DNA of 64,000 nt, from positions 13,685 through 77,684 of the IMG/VR virus record IMGVR_UViG_3300033233_000027; one strand, given 5' to 3'. Under the pieces are notes generated by a model that had not been told where the DNA came from, ran no database searches, and was given only the letters and a program-made list of their open reading frames with translations. Both the position numbers and the translations under genes were made by a program. The stretch is from a virus. This document shows, piece after piece, positions 45,306 through 54,578 of the stretch; position 1 is the stretch's first letter; each line of letters starts with the position of its first letter.

Positions 45306-46748
45306 CTAGGACTTCCTCAGCTGTTCTGCTTGCGTCGGGATCGCGCTTACCGATTCGATTCTCTGACCAATCCAACCCATCACTGGAACGGCCATTGAGT
45401 TTCCAAGTGCCTTGTATCGCGGTCCATCGGAGGCTGGTTTCTTTCGATAAGGAACATCCGTGTAGTTATCAGGGAATCCCTGGAGTCGTTCGCACTCACG
45501 CGGCGTCAGACGGCGTACGCTCATTCCAGCTCGCACTCTCGTACCTACTGGGTCATGGCCTGGTCCGTTTGCTCTAAGAGTTCCAGCCGTGCCATATTCT
45601 CGGCATCCACTCTGCCCTTCCTGCATCGCAACTGCTGGTGCATGGGCTCCCGCCGCGAGCGGATGGCATGGACCGCCAACCTTTGGATCTGATCGATTCG
45701 CCTTGCTCGTCACTTGCGTTGTATCAAAAGCCAGAACTCCATTTCCATTATCCTTAGCCCCTAAAGGTTGCGCTAAGTCATGCGAGTCAAGCGAGTGGAC
45801 GATTATAGGTGTTCCTCTTCCTGTGCCATCCTCGCTTCCATCGTATCCATCCCCTTTGAGTGCGTGGGTTACATCAGGCACATCTCCAGTCAAAATAGCT
45901 CCTGGCCCTTCAGAGGTTAGCGCATCCGTCACCTGGGCATACGGTTTGATTCCTACTTGGTTGCTGGATTGGCTGTTTCTTATTTGTCTAGGATGGATAT
46001 AACCAGGTTCTGGAGTCACCAGTAGCGGCGCCCCGTCCCCGTCCCCGTCCGATGATGGGCCCTTGAAGTCTCTCGACTTGATAGCAGGACTTACTTCTGG
46101 GATGTAGGTTGCGCTATCTTCTCTGTGACTGTCATTGCTGCGGCCTCTAAGGCTGTGCGCAATGCCATCGGGAGTTCCTTTCCTCGCTTCGCGGCTCGGC
46201 GGAGGATTCCCTTGCAGGCTGTCGCGCTCAAAAAGAACCGCTGCGGCACATCGCCAATCTCCAAGATGTCCGACAACGAACACGCGGCGCCTTCGCTGGG
46301 GAACTCCGAAGAATTGAGCGTCCAGTATTCGGTAGGCCCACCCATACCCGAGTTGCCCCAACCCTCCGACAAAGGAACCAAAGTCCCGTCCTCCCTCGCT
46401 TGACAGTACGCCAGGCACGTTCTCCCAGACCACCCAGTTGGGGCGTAGGCGGTCAACAATTGCAAGAAAGACGAGGGCCAGGTTGCCACGCGGATCAGCC
46501 AGCCCTTTTCTAAGTCCTGCGACTGAGAAACTTTGACAGGGGGTTCCTCCCACGAGAAGGTCAATTGACTCATGTGGCCACTCCTTGAACTTCGTCATGT
46601 CCCCATAGTTCGGCACATTCGGATAGTGACGCTTCAGGACTGCGTTCGGGAAGGCATCAATCTCAGAGAAAAACACTGGAGTCCAGCCTAACGGATGCCA
46701 AGCGGAACTCGCCGCCTCAATGCCAGAGCATACGCTTCCGTATCTCAT
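45306..46748 (-). CDS. DNA (cytosine-5) methyltransferase
   Basis: SVCSGIEA, GGTPCQSFS, WENVPG, QRRRRVF, RLQGFPD, ALGNSM. Confidence 0.95.
   Translation of the reverse strand: MRYGSVCSGIEAASSAWHPLGWTPVFFSEIDAFPNAVLKRHYPNVPNYGDMTKFKEWPHESIDLLVGGTPCQSFSVAGLRKGLADPRGNLALVFLAIVDRLRPNWVVWENVPGVLSSEGGRDFGSFVGGLGQLGYGWAYRILDAQFFGVPQRRRRVFVVGHLGDWRCAAAVLFERDSLQGNPPPSREARKGTPDGIAHSLRGRSNDSHREDSATYIPEVSPAIKSRDFKGPSSDGDGDGAPLLVTPEPGYIHPRQIRNSQSSNQVGIKPYAQVTDALTSEGPGAILTGDVPDVTHALKGDGYDGSEDGTGRGTPIIVHSLDSHDLAQPLGAKDNGNGVLAFDTTQVTSKANRSDPKVGGPCHPLAAGAHAPAVAMQEGQSGCREYGTAGTLRANGPGHDPVGTRVRAGMSVRRLTPRECERLQGFPDNYTDVPYRKKPASDGPRYKALGNSMAVPVMGWIGQRIESVSAIPTQAEQLRKS
46091..46573 (-). CDS. nested alternative-frame ORF (probable methylase beta-polypeptide)
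   Basis: Own AAGGAG RBS; SLSDILE...PQRFFLSATACKGILRRA..RGKELP motif. Confidence 0.6.
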   Translation of the reverse strand: MSQLTFSWEEPPVKVSQSQDLEKGWLIRVATWPSSFLQLLTAYAPTGWSGRTCLAYCQAREDGTLVPLSEGWGNSGMGGPTEYWTLNSSEFPSEGAACSLSDILEIGDVPQRFFLSATACKGILRRAAKRGKELPMALRTALEAAAMTVTEKIAQPTSQK

Positions 46749-46752
46749 CTGA

Positions 46753-47541
46753 CTAATCCGGCATTTCGCCAAGTACCTGGTCGACTCTTCCCTTGTTTGT
46801 ATGCGTATACACCTTCGCCATCTCAAGACTAGACCAGCCAAGCCTCGCACGAACGTAATTCCAGTCTGCCCCATGAGCAATCAGTTGGCTCGCGTGGGTA
46901 TGCCTCAGAATGTGAACGAGAGAAGCCCGATCAGGCTTTACTTTGTCCAGGATGGCCTCGAGCTTAGATTGGATCGTCCGCGGAGCCGCCTTGAATATCA
47001 TCTCTTGCGGATTGAGCCTAAGACAAATATGGATGAGTTCTATCATCGCAGCAGACTTGTTCCGAAGGTCTACCCGACGCTTTGGCCTCCCTGCCCTCTT
47101 GAGCGTAGGGATCCTCACGATGGAAAGAGTACCCTTCGTGATGCTAACATCCTCGCGTCTCAGTAGAAGTGCCTCCCGCAGCCGGCATCCCGTAGCCGCG
47201 ATGAACCGAATCGTCGAGCCGATTATTTTGCTGAGGGAGTGCGTCTCACGAAGAACGATCTTGAACTCCTGATCCGTCAGCACTTTTCTAGGATCAATGC
47301 TTCCATCTAGGAACTGTGCCGAAGCACCCTGCTTCCATTGGGACTTGCAGCACTTTTCTGAGCACGGAATCTTGTGCCCGTTATTAGACTCTGGCACACA
47401 TCGATGCGAATGCGGGGTGCAAACCCTAGCTCTGTCGCCCACATTGAATCTGGCCATGTATTCGGAGCCACAGACATGGCATGTCGACACTTGGTTGTAG
47501 TCTGGATCTGTCCCTGCTGGGAGTCGAGACTTACGGCTCAT
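46753..47541 (-). CDS. tyrosine recombinase/integrase with N-terminal Cys-rich domain
   Basis: TGCRLREAL, HILRHTHAS, LGWSS, VYTH. Confidence 0.9.
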   Translation of the reverse strand: MSRKSRLPAGTDPDYNQVSTCHVCGSEYMARFNVGDRARVCTPHSHRCVPESNNGHKIPCSEKCCKSQWKQGASAQFLDGSIDPRKVLTDQEFKIVLRETHSLSKIIGSTIRFIAATGCRLREALLLRREDVSITKGTLSIVRIPTLKRAGRPKRRVDLRNKSAAMIELIHICLRLNPQEMIFKAAPRTIQSKLEAILDKVKPDRASLVHILRHTHASQLIAHGADWNYVRARLGWSSLEMAKVYTHTNKGRVDQVLGEMPD

Positions 47542-47852
47542 TGCTTCCTACCCGGCTCCCACATTATCGAACGGCTTGCGGCTATGATCCTGATGGCGAG
47601 CCACTCTGGATCCGTATGACCATCTTCGGCCGCAATCGTCTCGACCATGTTCTCTGCCTCGTCTTGCTCGATCGCGTACTGGCGAGTCTGCGAGTAGATC
47701 CGAAGGATCTTGTCGAACGCCTCTCTCGAAACGACGCCATGAAGATTGATCGCCCTTCCCCGTTCCCCATTGGGATCCTTGATCTCGCCCTGCCATTGTC
47801 GGGTGATGCGGTAGTGAGCCAGCACCGTTGGACGCTGGCAGGACGAGGCCAA
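47538..47852 (-). CDS. hypothetical protein
   Basis: Coupled to the integrase start. Confidence 0.45.
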   Translation of the reverse strand: MASSCQRPTVLAHYRITRQWQGEIKDPNGERGRAINLHGVVSREAFDKILRIYSQTRQYAIEQDEAENMVETIAAEDGHTDPEWLAIRIIAASRSIMWEPGRKQ

Positions 47853-48190
47853 GAATCCCGTGGTCTGGCTGGCTCACTGCGGGGGAGTGTATCTGGATGT
47901 GCCTGAGCCGTCAAGTGGGCTGCACAGAATGGCCCAAACGTGAACTTCAGAAGGCTCGCCCTCTAGCCACTCTTTTTAGCCCATTCCATCGGAAATGGCC
48001 GCACTCTCCAGCTCGAGCGGAGCGGGCATCATCCCACCGTCTAGCGAGCTCTAGGTCGGCTGGACGCTCCCAGGAACGCCAGCAGGGAATGCAGTACCAC
48101 ACATTCGACTCCTGCGGCCTCCTGAGGCCTTCCCAGCCACAGCAAGGGCACAACACCTCTCCTCCGTGTCGCTAATCTCACCTTTCATGA

Positions 48191-48604
48191 CTACGGCTCA
48201 TTGCTCATCAGGTAACTATTGTAGGAATCGTTGATGTCTTCAGTCCCGCCACATTGTTCCCGCAGTAGAAAGTACGTATCAGTCCACTCCTTTGATGCGC
48301 TTGCGGTCAGCCTCAATGGACCAGCAGCGTTGATGTCGCAATGGTGAATCGCACAGATAGGCCTTAGATGCGCTGGGGCGGTGCATCGGTTATCTGGACC
48401 CATGAGAGGAAACTCTGGATGCCCCGTGGTTGGAAGAGTTACGCCACGCTTCTTTGCGAACGCCAATGCCATCTTGCAGTATTGGCGCTCGCAGCATCTG
48501 TACGTACTTGGGTGCTTACACAGTTGGTCGCAGGCCGACCGTGTATGTTCCGCAATCCTCTCGTAGGCTTCGGCCTTTCCTCCAAATTCCTCTGAGTTTT
48601 TCAT
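48191..48604 (-). CDS. Cys-rich hypothetical protein
   Basis: CC...C...CTAPAHLRPICAIHHC. Confidence 0.55.
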   Translation of the reverse strand: MKNSEEFGGKAEAYERIAEHTRSACDQLCKHPSTYRCCERQYCKMALAFAKKRGVTLPTTGHPEFPLMGPDNRCTAPAHLRPICAIHHCDINAAGPLRLTASASKEWTDTYFLLREQCGGTEDINDSYNSYLMSNEP

Positions 48605-48620
48605 CGCATCGCATCACAAA

Positions 48621-49493
48621 CTAGATGAAGTCGTGGGTAAGGACAGCCGTAAGGTTGGAATCAACCAGGGACGAACTTTCAAGGAACATACTCACCAGAT
48701 CAGTGTCAACAACTGGAACGATATCAGCAAACGAAAATACCCCCGTGGTTGCGGCTGGAATTGCCAGGCTAGCTTGAGTAACGCCATTAACCCTAACACG
48801 AATTGTCCCAGAGACTGTCGCCGTGTTTATTGCTACGAAGGCACGGAAGTTTTTCAGGTTTCCAGCCCGATTGGTAGGCCATTGGAACTTGGATTCAACC
48901 AGATCTCCGCTGGCGCCGGTTACTCCAGTGACCGTAGTTAAGTAGCTGTTTGTCGTGGTCACAGGGAATGGAGGCTTCGTGCCGATATTGACCGTGGTGG
49001 CCCCGCTATAGATGACAGGACCGTCGCCACCGCCTGTAGTTCCAGGTCCCTGTACGCCCTGAATTCCCTGCGCTCCTTGGGATCCCTGTGTGCCTTGGGC
49101 ACCTTGGCTTCCTTGGGCTCCTTGTGGACCAAGATCACCCTGGGCACCTTGCGGGCCAAGATCCCCCTGAGCGCCCTGAGATCCTTCTGGCCCTTGCGTT
49201 CCCTGTGGCCCAAGATCGCCTTGTGCGCCTTGCGGACCAAGATCTCCCTGATTGCCTTGTGATCCTTCGGGTCCTTGTATCCCCTGCGGTCCAAAATCGC
49301 CTTGTGCGCCTTGCGGACCAAGATCTCCCTGATTGCCTTGTGATCCTTCGGGTCCTTGTACTCCTTGTGGACCTCCAGACGGGCCTTGGTTGCCTTGATT
49401 GCCTGAAATACCTGGAGTACCTTGCGCACCGCGGCCACCACCGCCGATCCTGAAGCCGCCACCGCCTACAGGAATTGGAAAACCAGGGCCCAT
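48621..49493 (-). CDS. collagen-like fibre protein A
   Basis: About 40 G-X-Y (mostly G-X-Q) triplets plus C-terminal beta head. Confidence 0.9.
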   Translation of the reverse strand: MGPGFPIPVGGGGFRIGGGGRGAQGTPGISGNQGNQGPSGGPQGVQGPEGSQGNQGDLGPQGAQGDFGPQGIQGPEGSQGNQGDLGPQGAQGDLGPQGTQGPEGSQGAQGDLGPQGAQGDLGPQGAQGSQGAQGTQGSQGAQGIQGVQGPGTTGGGDGPVIYSGATTVNIGTKPPFPVTTTNSYLTTVTGVTGASGDLVESKFQWPTNRAGNLKNFRAFVAINTATVSGTIRVRVNGVTQASLAIPAATTGVFSFADIVPVVDTDLVSMFLESSSLVDSNLTAVLTHDFI

Positions 49494-49597
49494 AAATCCT
49501 CCCCGCCTCTCTTAATAACCAGGCTAAAATTCTAAATTATTTCTGCCGAACTCCAACTAGGTCACCTCTCTCGCCTTTCGTTATCTACCTAAAGTGC

Positions 49598-50458
49598 TCA
49601 ACTCGGAATGAACCTAGAAGACATCTGAATACTTGTCACGCTCCCCGCCCCAGCAGCCGTCGCATCCATGACAAAGCTGAATTTGTCGTTAGCCGAGACA
49701 GCAATATCCGTGGTGATAGACAGGTCGCCGTCTGTCCCTGCGGGATACGTCACGGTCAAGGCCGTCGCCACGCCGTTCAAGAAGACAGTAACGACAAAAT
49801 CGCCGCTTAACGTGTTGTCGCCAGCTACGATAGAGACAAGGAGATCCTTGAGCGTGCCCATTGGGAGAGGGATTCGGTAACGTGAATATGGAAAGGTTTG
49901 GAGACCAAAACCGCCATCAAAAAGTGTCCCCTCTACTACTGAACCTGAACTGATAGTTGATACTACGGCAAGAAGCGGAATGATCCCGCCGCCACCGCCT
50001 GTAGTGCCAGGTCCCTGTACGCCCTGAATTCCCTGCGCTCCTTGGGATCCCTGTGCGCCTTGGGCACCTTGGCTCCCTTGGGCTCCTTGCGGACCAAGAT
50101 CACCCTGAGCACCTTGCGGGCCAAGATCCCCCTGAGCGCCCTGAGATCCTTCTGGCCCTTGCGTTCCCTGTGGCCCAAGATCGCCTTGTGCGCCTTGCGG
50201 ACCAAGATCTCCCTGATTGCCTTGTGACCCTTCCGGTCCTTGTATCCCCTGCGGTCCAAGATCGCCTTGTGCGCCTTGTGGACCAAGATCTCCCTGATTG
50301 CCTTGTGATCCTTCGGGTCCTTGTACTCCTTGTGGACCTCCAGACGGGCCTTGGTTGCCTTGATTGCCTGAAATACCTGGAGTACCTTGCGCCCCGCGGC
50401 CACCACCGCCGATCCTGAAGCCGCCACCGCCTACAGGAATTGGAAAACCAGGTCGCAT
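49598..50458 (-). CDS. collagen-like fibre protein B
   Basis: N-terminus and collagen nearly identical to protein A; different head. Confidence 0.9.
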   Translation of the reverse strand: MRPGFPIPVGGGGFRIGGGGRGAQGTPGISGNQGNQGPSGGPQGVQGPEGSQGNQGDLGPQGAQGDLGPQGIQGPEGSQGNQGDLGPQGAQGDLGPQGTQGPEGSQGAQGDLGPQGAQGDLGPQGAQGSQGAQGAQGSQGAQGIQGVQGPGTTGGGGGIIPLLAVVSTISSGSVVEGTLFDGGFGLQTFPYSRYRIPLPMGTLKDLLVSIVAGDNTLSGDFVVTVFLNGVATALTVTYPAGTDGDLSITTDIAVSANDKFSFVMDATAAGAGSVTSIQMSSRFIPS

Positions 50459-50964
50459 AAATCCTCCCCTTCTCCCTTAATGCTCTATTTCAGATGCCAA
50501 GGTCGTATGGTAGTCTAGGATTCTCTTTCTCTTTGAACAGATTGTACTGCCATAACCAGAACAGATATAGCTAATCCGATAGGCCAGAGAATCACCCCAA
50601 TGGCCACAGCCACTGTCCACCAGCTTTCCATTCCAGCGCGTTCTAGTTTATCAGATGTATGCTGGGCAAAGTGGGAGCGTATATTGTGCGCGATCCAAAG
50701 GAACCCCGCCATCAGGTAGATTGATCCGCAGAATATCCAGCTGACCGATTCCTGAATAGACTTCACTCCCATTGCTCAACAATCCTATGCTGGACTACTC
50801 GAGGCAGTTCCATCCATTGACTCTTCTCAAGTGGCCACTCCATTTGTACTCCAGAGAGCGCGATAAGATTGGTTCTCTGCGTCTCAGTGAGTCTCGGCCA
50901 TGCATTCGCGCATTCCTTCTCGCGGGCCCGGAATTCGTCGAACTCCATCAATGTCGTCTTTCTG

Positions 50965-51372
50965 TCATTGCGCGATATTCGGATCCGATAGTTTGGACTC
51001 ATCCACCTTCTTGGCAGTTCCGAGCAGCTTGAGCCCAGGATGGGCCATTACGAACGCGAACGGGACAGTGGCATCCATCCGCTCTACCCTAGCATCTGGA
51101 AGATGATATGGGAGGCGTACCGTATTGGCTAGTCTCTCTGCCTCTTCTTTTGTTCCGAACGTGTAGAGCGTTGATTCAAGGATGACGAAGCAGTTTCTGG
51201 ACATGACCACGAATACTTCTGCTCCAGCTGGCGGCAACGCATAGACACGGTTGGCACTCTTGGGTCCATTCTTGACCACTTCCTCAAAGCAAAGGAGGCA
51301 CATCCACCCGAGATTGGTGACGGCGCATTGCCCGAACAGTCCGCACTCTCCGCAGAGCCCATCATCAGCCAT
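50965..51372 (-). CDS. hypothetical protein
   Basis: CxxC...CxxC N-terminus. Confidence 0.5.
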   Translation of the reverse strand: MADDGLCGECGLFGQCAVTNLGWMCLLCFEEVVKNGPKSANRVYALPPAGAEVFVVMSRNCFVILESTLYTFGTKEEAERLANTVRLPYHLPDARVERMDATVPFAFVMAHPGLKLLGTAKKVDESKLSDPNIAQ

Positions 51373-51397
51373 GATCTACCTTTCATGCCTTTCAGGA

Positions 51398-51772
51398 TCA
51401 ATCGAAGATATGCGATTCGTTCCAGCCGTTGCGCCAGCAGATCTCTTTGTAGGTCTTCAAGGATAGCGGGAAGCTGGAAATTCCAACGCCCATGAATATC
51501 CGTATCATGGCTTTGAAGGTTCCGTCGACAGACTCTTTAGGGGTATCCGCTTTCCCGAATTCTTCGAAGACCAGAGACATCGCCCAGTCTGCGTATCTCT
51601 TTCCGCATTCATCGCATTTCTCTCTTCCAAATATCCCCTTGAGCGAGTCGACCTTGTCCTGGAATTCCTTGAATACAAGCCCGAACTCCCTGATACCAGA
51701 AGCCATGGCTTCTTTACAGTTTGAGCAGTGTCCATCTTCATCTTGGTCGCAGTGGCACGGACCAGAACCCAT
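51398..51772 (-). CDS. hypothetical protein
   Basis: 124-aa ORF with RBS. Confidence 0.5.
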   Translation of the reverse strand: MGSGPCHCDQDEDGHCSNCKEAMASGIREFGLVFKEFQDKVDSLKGIFGREKCDECGKRYADWAMSLVFEEFGKADTPKESVDGTFKAMIRIFMGVGISSFPLSLKTYKEICWRNGWNESHIFD

Positions 51773-51815
51773 TGATTTCCCCTTTCCCTAAATCACGAAT
51801 CACTTCAAAGGCTTG

Positions 51816-52511
51816 TTAATCTCCACTCGGCCACTTCCGGTTGTATATATCCATGGATGCGCGGGAAAGCGCCGCTATGTCAGGTCTGGTTCGGTAAGTG
51901 GATGTGCAGTTTCTCTCATGCCGAACAACGCAGGTCTCATCTATCCAGAGATCCCACCCTTGCAGCGTTGCTCGCCGGCACCAATCTGAATCATCATAGC
52001 CATATCCAGTAAAGCGTTCATCCAGTAGACCGATCGAAGAAATAGCTCTACGTGGGAGATAGACGCAGACGAAGCAGAGCATTCCGAATTCTTGCCTCAA
52101 CGCATTTGGGGAGTGGAGTCTCTGGTTCGGATTCCCGACTATGCCATCTATTACTGGAGATATCGCAGCTATGTTCGGTCGTTGAGACCACCGTTCATGG
52201 AGTTTGCTGAATCCGCCTATAGTTGCGAGTTCTGCATCGTCGTTCATGAGTACGACATCGTCTTTTCCGCATGCGGCGATACCGAGGTTCGCGTTGCGGG
52301 CAAAGATGAATGGTTTCTTGCCCTCGACCCAGCGAACTGGAAGATCACCACAACTGGCTCGCGCTCCGTCATCTACTACTACGATACGATCCGGTGTCAG
52401 ACCTGGTTCGTTGGCGATTAGAGACCGAATGCATCCACGTAGATTCGTTGTCTTGGCAGATAAGATGACGACACTCCAACGAGTCACGCCTTCATCTCCA
52501 CCGATCTGCAT
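51816..52511 (-). CDS. glycosyltransferase family 2
   Basis: VVVDDG, FARNANLG, MNDD, LDERFTGYGYDDSDWC. Confidence 0.9.
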   Translation of the reverse strand: MQIGGDEGVTRWSVVILSAKTTNLRGCIRSLIANEPGLTPDRIVVVDDGARASCGDLPVRWVEGKKPFIFARNANLGIAACGKDDVVLMNDDAELATIGGFSKLHERWSQRPNIAAISPVIDGIVGNPNQRLHSPNALRQEFGMLCFVCVYLPRRAISSIGLLDERFTGYGYDDSDWCRRATLQGWDLWIDETCVVRHERNCTSTYRTRPDIAALSRASMDIYNRKWPSGD

Positions 52512-52792
52512 CAGCGGTCTTTCGTTTCCATCTGGCCTTCCGTACTGCGTTCCAAACTATTCCGATCAATACCCCAGCAACCATACCAACGGATGGTGCC
52601 CACCAAAGTTCTCTCACTGCCTGCGCTGGAAGGCAGCCGATGACGGCAAAGAGGATGCCGCAGATAATTGGTCTGGTTGGATCGCAAATGTCGACTGATC
52701 CGCACTTTGGACAATCTCCCATTCTCCCCATAACACTTCCCAACATGAAGTCTACATCTTCAGATGCGAATGGAGCAAGTGTCGCGGAGGGG

Positions 52793-53056
52793 CTATCCGA
52801 TGACGATTGGGGGTTTCTGTGGAGGAGCAGACTTCAGCCAGTACCTGAACCTACCCTTTCCCTCTCGCCGGCATTCTATATCGTATCCAGAGGCCCTGAG
52901 TTCCGATACCACAGTGCTGGCAGAGCAGATCCTAGCCTTCTCCATCAGTTCCCAGGTAGTGGCCCCAGACAAGCCAGCCTCGTATAAGGCGTAGAGCAGC
53001 CTCTTCAGCCTATCAGAAGTGTCGGGGTTCGCCTTGTGCATTCCATTCTTGGCCAT
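52793..53056 (-). CDS. winged-HTH protein
   Basis: ATTWEL...STVVSELRASGYDI...YWL; GGAGG RBS. Confidence 0.7.
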   Translation of the reverse strand: MAKNGMHKANPDTSDRLKRLLYALYEAGLSGATTWELMEKARICSASTVVSELRASGYDIECRREGKGRFRYWLKSAPPQKPPIVIG

Positions 53057-53072
53057 CCATCCTCCGTTTACA

Positions 53073-53231
53073 CCCTAGGCGCAATGGACCGATCGAATCC
53101 CGACCGCCGCACCTGGCTTGAGAGATGAGGCCCACAGCGGGCGCGGAATATACGGTCGGGATTGAATCGGTCGGAAAGTACCTAGGGGCCTCATCTGCGG
53201 AAAGTATGCTGTGGAGGAGATGCGCTGTCAA
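53073..53231 (-). promoter_or_regulatory. promoter plus long-hairpin leader RNA
   Basis: TTGACA-17-CATACT; 5' AGATGAGGCCC complementary to apical GGGCCTCATCT; stem AATCCCGACCG/CGGTCGGGATT. Confidence 0.65.
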
Positions 53232-53293
53232 GTACGAAGCGGATTACATTTGCATGAATGCCTTGTTTCACGCCTACGTAATCCAACAAGTCC

Positions 53294-53382
53294 CGTGAGC
53301 CGTGGCGACACTGGAGGGATATGTCCCGCGCTGGTGAGGCGCGGTAGTCGGATGCGTGTCGCCACGGGTCAAGAAACTCACG
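53294..53382 (-). ncRNA. structured RNA motif, copy A
   Basis: CCGTGGCGACA/TGTCGCCACGG stem with inner CCGCGC/GCGCGG hairpin; homologous to 54305-54392. Confidence 0.55.
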
Positions 53383-53392
53383 TAGATCTTAA

Positions 53393-53466
53393 TCAGCCCG
53401 GCCAGATTCGAACTGGCGACCTTCTCGTCCCAAGCGAGACGCTCTACCTAGCTGAGCCACGGGCTG
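53393..53466 (-). tRNA. tRNA-Pro (UGG)
   Basis: CAGCCCG/CGGGCTG acceptor, TCTCG-CTTGGGA-CGAGA anticodon arm, TTCGAAT T-loop; no CCA. Confidence 0.92.
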
Positions 53467-53700
53467 GCATCAATCCAAGCTCCTACGACTGCGGGAAGTC
53501 CCGAAGGAATATCCCGCGTTCGTATTTACAGTAAACGAAAACGATCTCTGCCATTTTCTTCCTAGAGAGCGCCCAGATGGGCAGAAATCCCTCGTCTTTC
53601 AGCCAACTCTCAATGTGCGCCTTCTCGCGGAGCTCGCTATCTGATGGAGGGGGAGCGGGAATGTGTCCAGTCATCTTTCCTCTATTTTGCGACAGTACGA

Positions 53701-54294
53701 CTACGGATAACTGGATGAGTCTCGGTTCTCGCTGGACCGTTCCCTCTCGTAGTCGGTTCGGTCCATGAGGTTCATGAAGTCATCCAAGGCGTACTTGCCG
53801 CCAAGGAATCGATAGACAAGGTTCTGTGCCTTCTTCCGATCTACAAGCCTCGGTTGATTCAGCAGCCATTGCAGATCAAGAATATGCTTCGGTTCGCGAG
53901 CAGCCAGTTTCATCGTAGCTAGGTGCTCGGGGCTTACGATCTGGATTCCATCGGAGGTCGTTGACGTATTCTCCAGAGCATGATCGTACAAGTCCTTGTA
54001 CTCATCATTCCGAACGATAAAGTCCACCTTGGCTCCATCGGCTGCTATGAAGGCTTCACCCCCGAAATTGATCGGTCCAAGTCTGGTGAGTCCTAGTTCT
54101 GGTACGCCCGCAACTACGAAGTCTACATCCTTCGTCAATCTGGGCGAACCGAATGCCTGCATAGCAACCCCGCCAGCAAGTGCCGCAACTGATCCTGTTG
54201 ATTCTGACCATTCACGGACTGTACGGAGTATAGAGTTGATCTGCTCTGTCGTGATGAATCTCTCTTTTGGAACCATTGCGTATACTCCGTTCAT
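53701..54294 (-). CDS. Pol-beta-superfamily nucleotidyltransferase (AbiEii/MenT-like)
   Basis: LAGGVAM...PRLTKDVDF...KVDF...LATMKL.A.EPKH..DL; AAGGAG RBS. Confidence 0.8.
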   Translation of the reverse strand: MNGVYAMVPKERFITTEQINSILRTVREWSESTGSVAALAGGVAMQAFGSPRLTKDVDFVVAGVPELGLTRLGPINFGGEAFIAADGAKVDFIVRNDEYKDLYDHALENTSTTSDGIQIVSPEHLATMKLAAREPKHILDLQWLLNQPRLVDRKKAQNLVYRFLGGKYALDDFMNLMDRTDYERERSSENRDSSSYP

Positions 54295-54304
54295 ACGGGC
54301 TCCT

Positions 54305-54445
54305 TGATCCATGGCGACATCATGGTGACATGGTCTGCGTTGCTGAGGCGCAGCAGTCGGTGAGATGTCGCCACGGGTCGAGAAACTCATCAGTTCACTA
54401 CGCCTCAGCTACTGGAGCCTACCCCGTTTGCGATACTCAGGTCAA
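54305..54445 (-). ncRNA. promoter plus structured RNA motif, copy B (leader of the nucleotidyltransferase)
   Basis: TTGACC-18-TAGGCT; 5' GCTGAGGCGTAG complementary to apical CTGCGCCTCAGC. Confidence 0.6.
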
Positions 54446-54458
54446 GCGGTATTCGAGC

Positions 54459-54536
54459 TCAGTAGCTACTGCCCGTGAACCAGCCCATGGGCTCCAACGT
54501 ACAGGTAAAATGACTCCACGACATCTCTCCAGCCAT
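54459..54536 (-). CDS. 25-aa MAGEMSW peptide (not in ORF track)
   Basis: MAGEMSWSHFTCTLEPMGWFTGSSY; AGGAG RBS. Confidence 0.5.
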   Translation of the reverse strand: MAGEMSWSHFTCTLEPMGWFTGSSY

Positions 54537-54578
54537 GGATCAGACTCCTAGGTCACGAATGTTCTATTCTACGACGGA

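Noticed and set aside
46753-47541. attP/att core near the integrase or at the tRNAs
   Set aside because: No duplicated tRNA 3' end or host-virus junction visible; the whole window looks viral
48959-50427. Alternative-frame and antisense ORFs over the collagen genes (also 63426..63674)
   Set aside because: By-products of the stop-poor 9-nt collagen periodicity
53294-53382. Y RNA or HDV-like (theta) ribozyme identity for the tRNA-adjacent motif
   Set aside because: I could not build the Ro-binding GUCCGA/UUGAC helix or the nested double pseudoknot by eye; left unassigned
54380-54400. CTGATGAG on the minus strand suggesting a hammerhead ribozyme
   Set aside because: No matching GAAA core with flanking stems, and the sequence is not conserved in copy A
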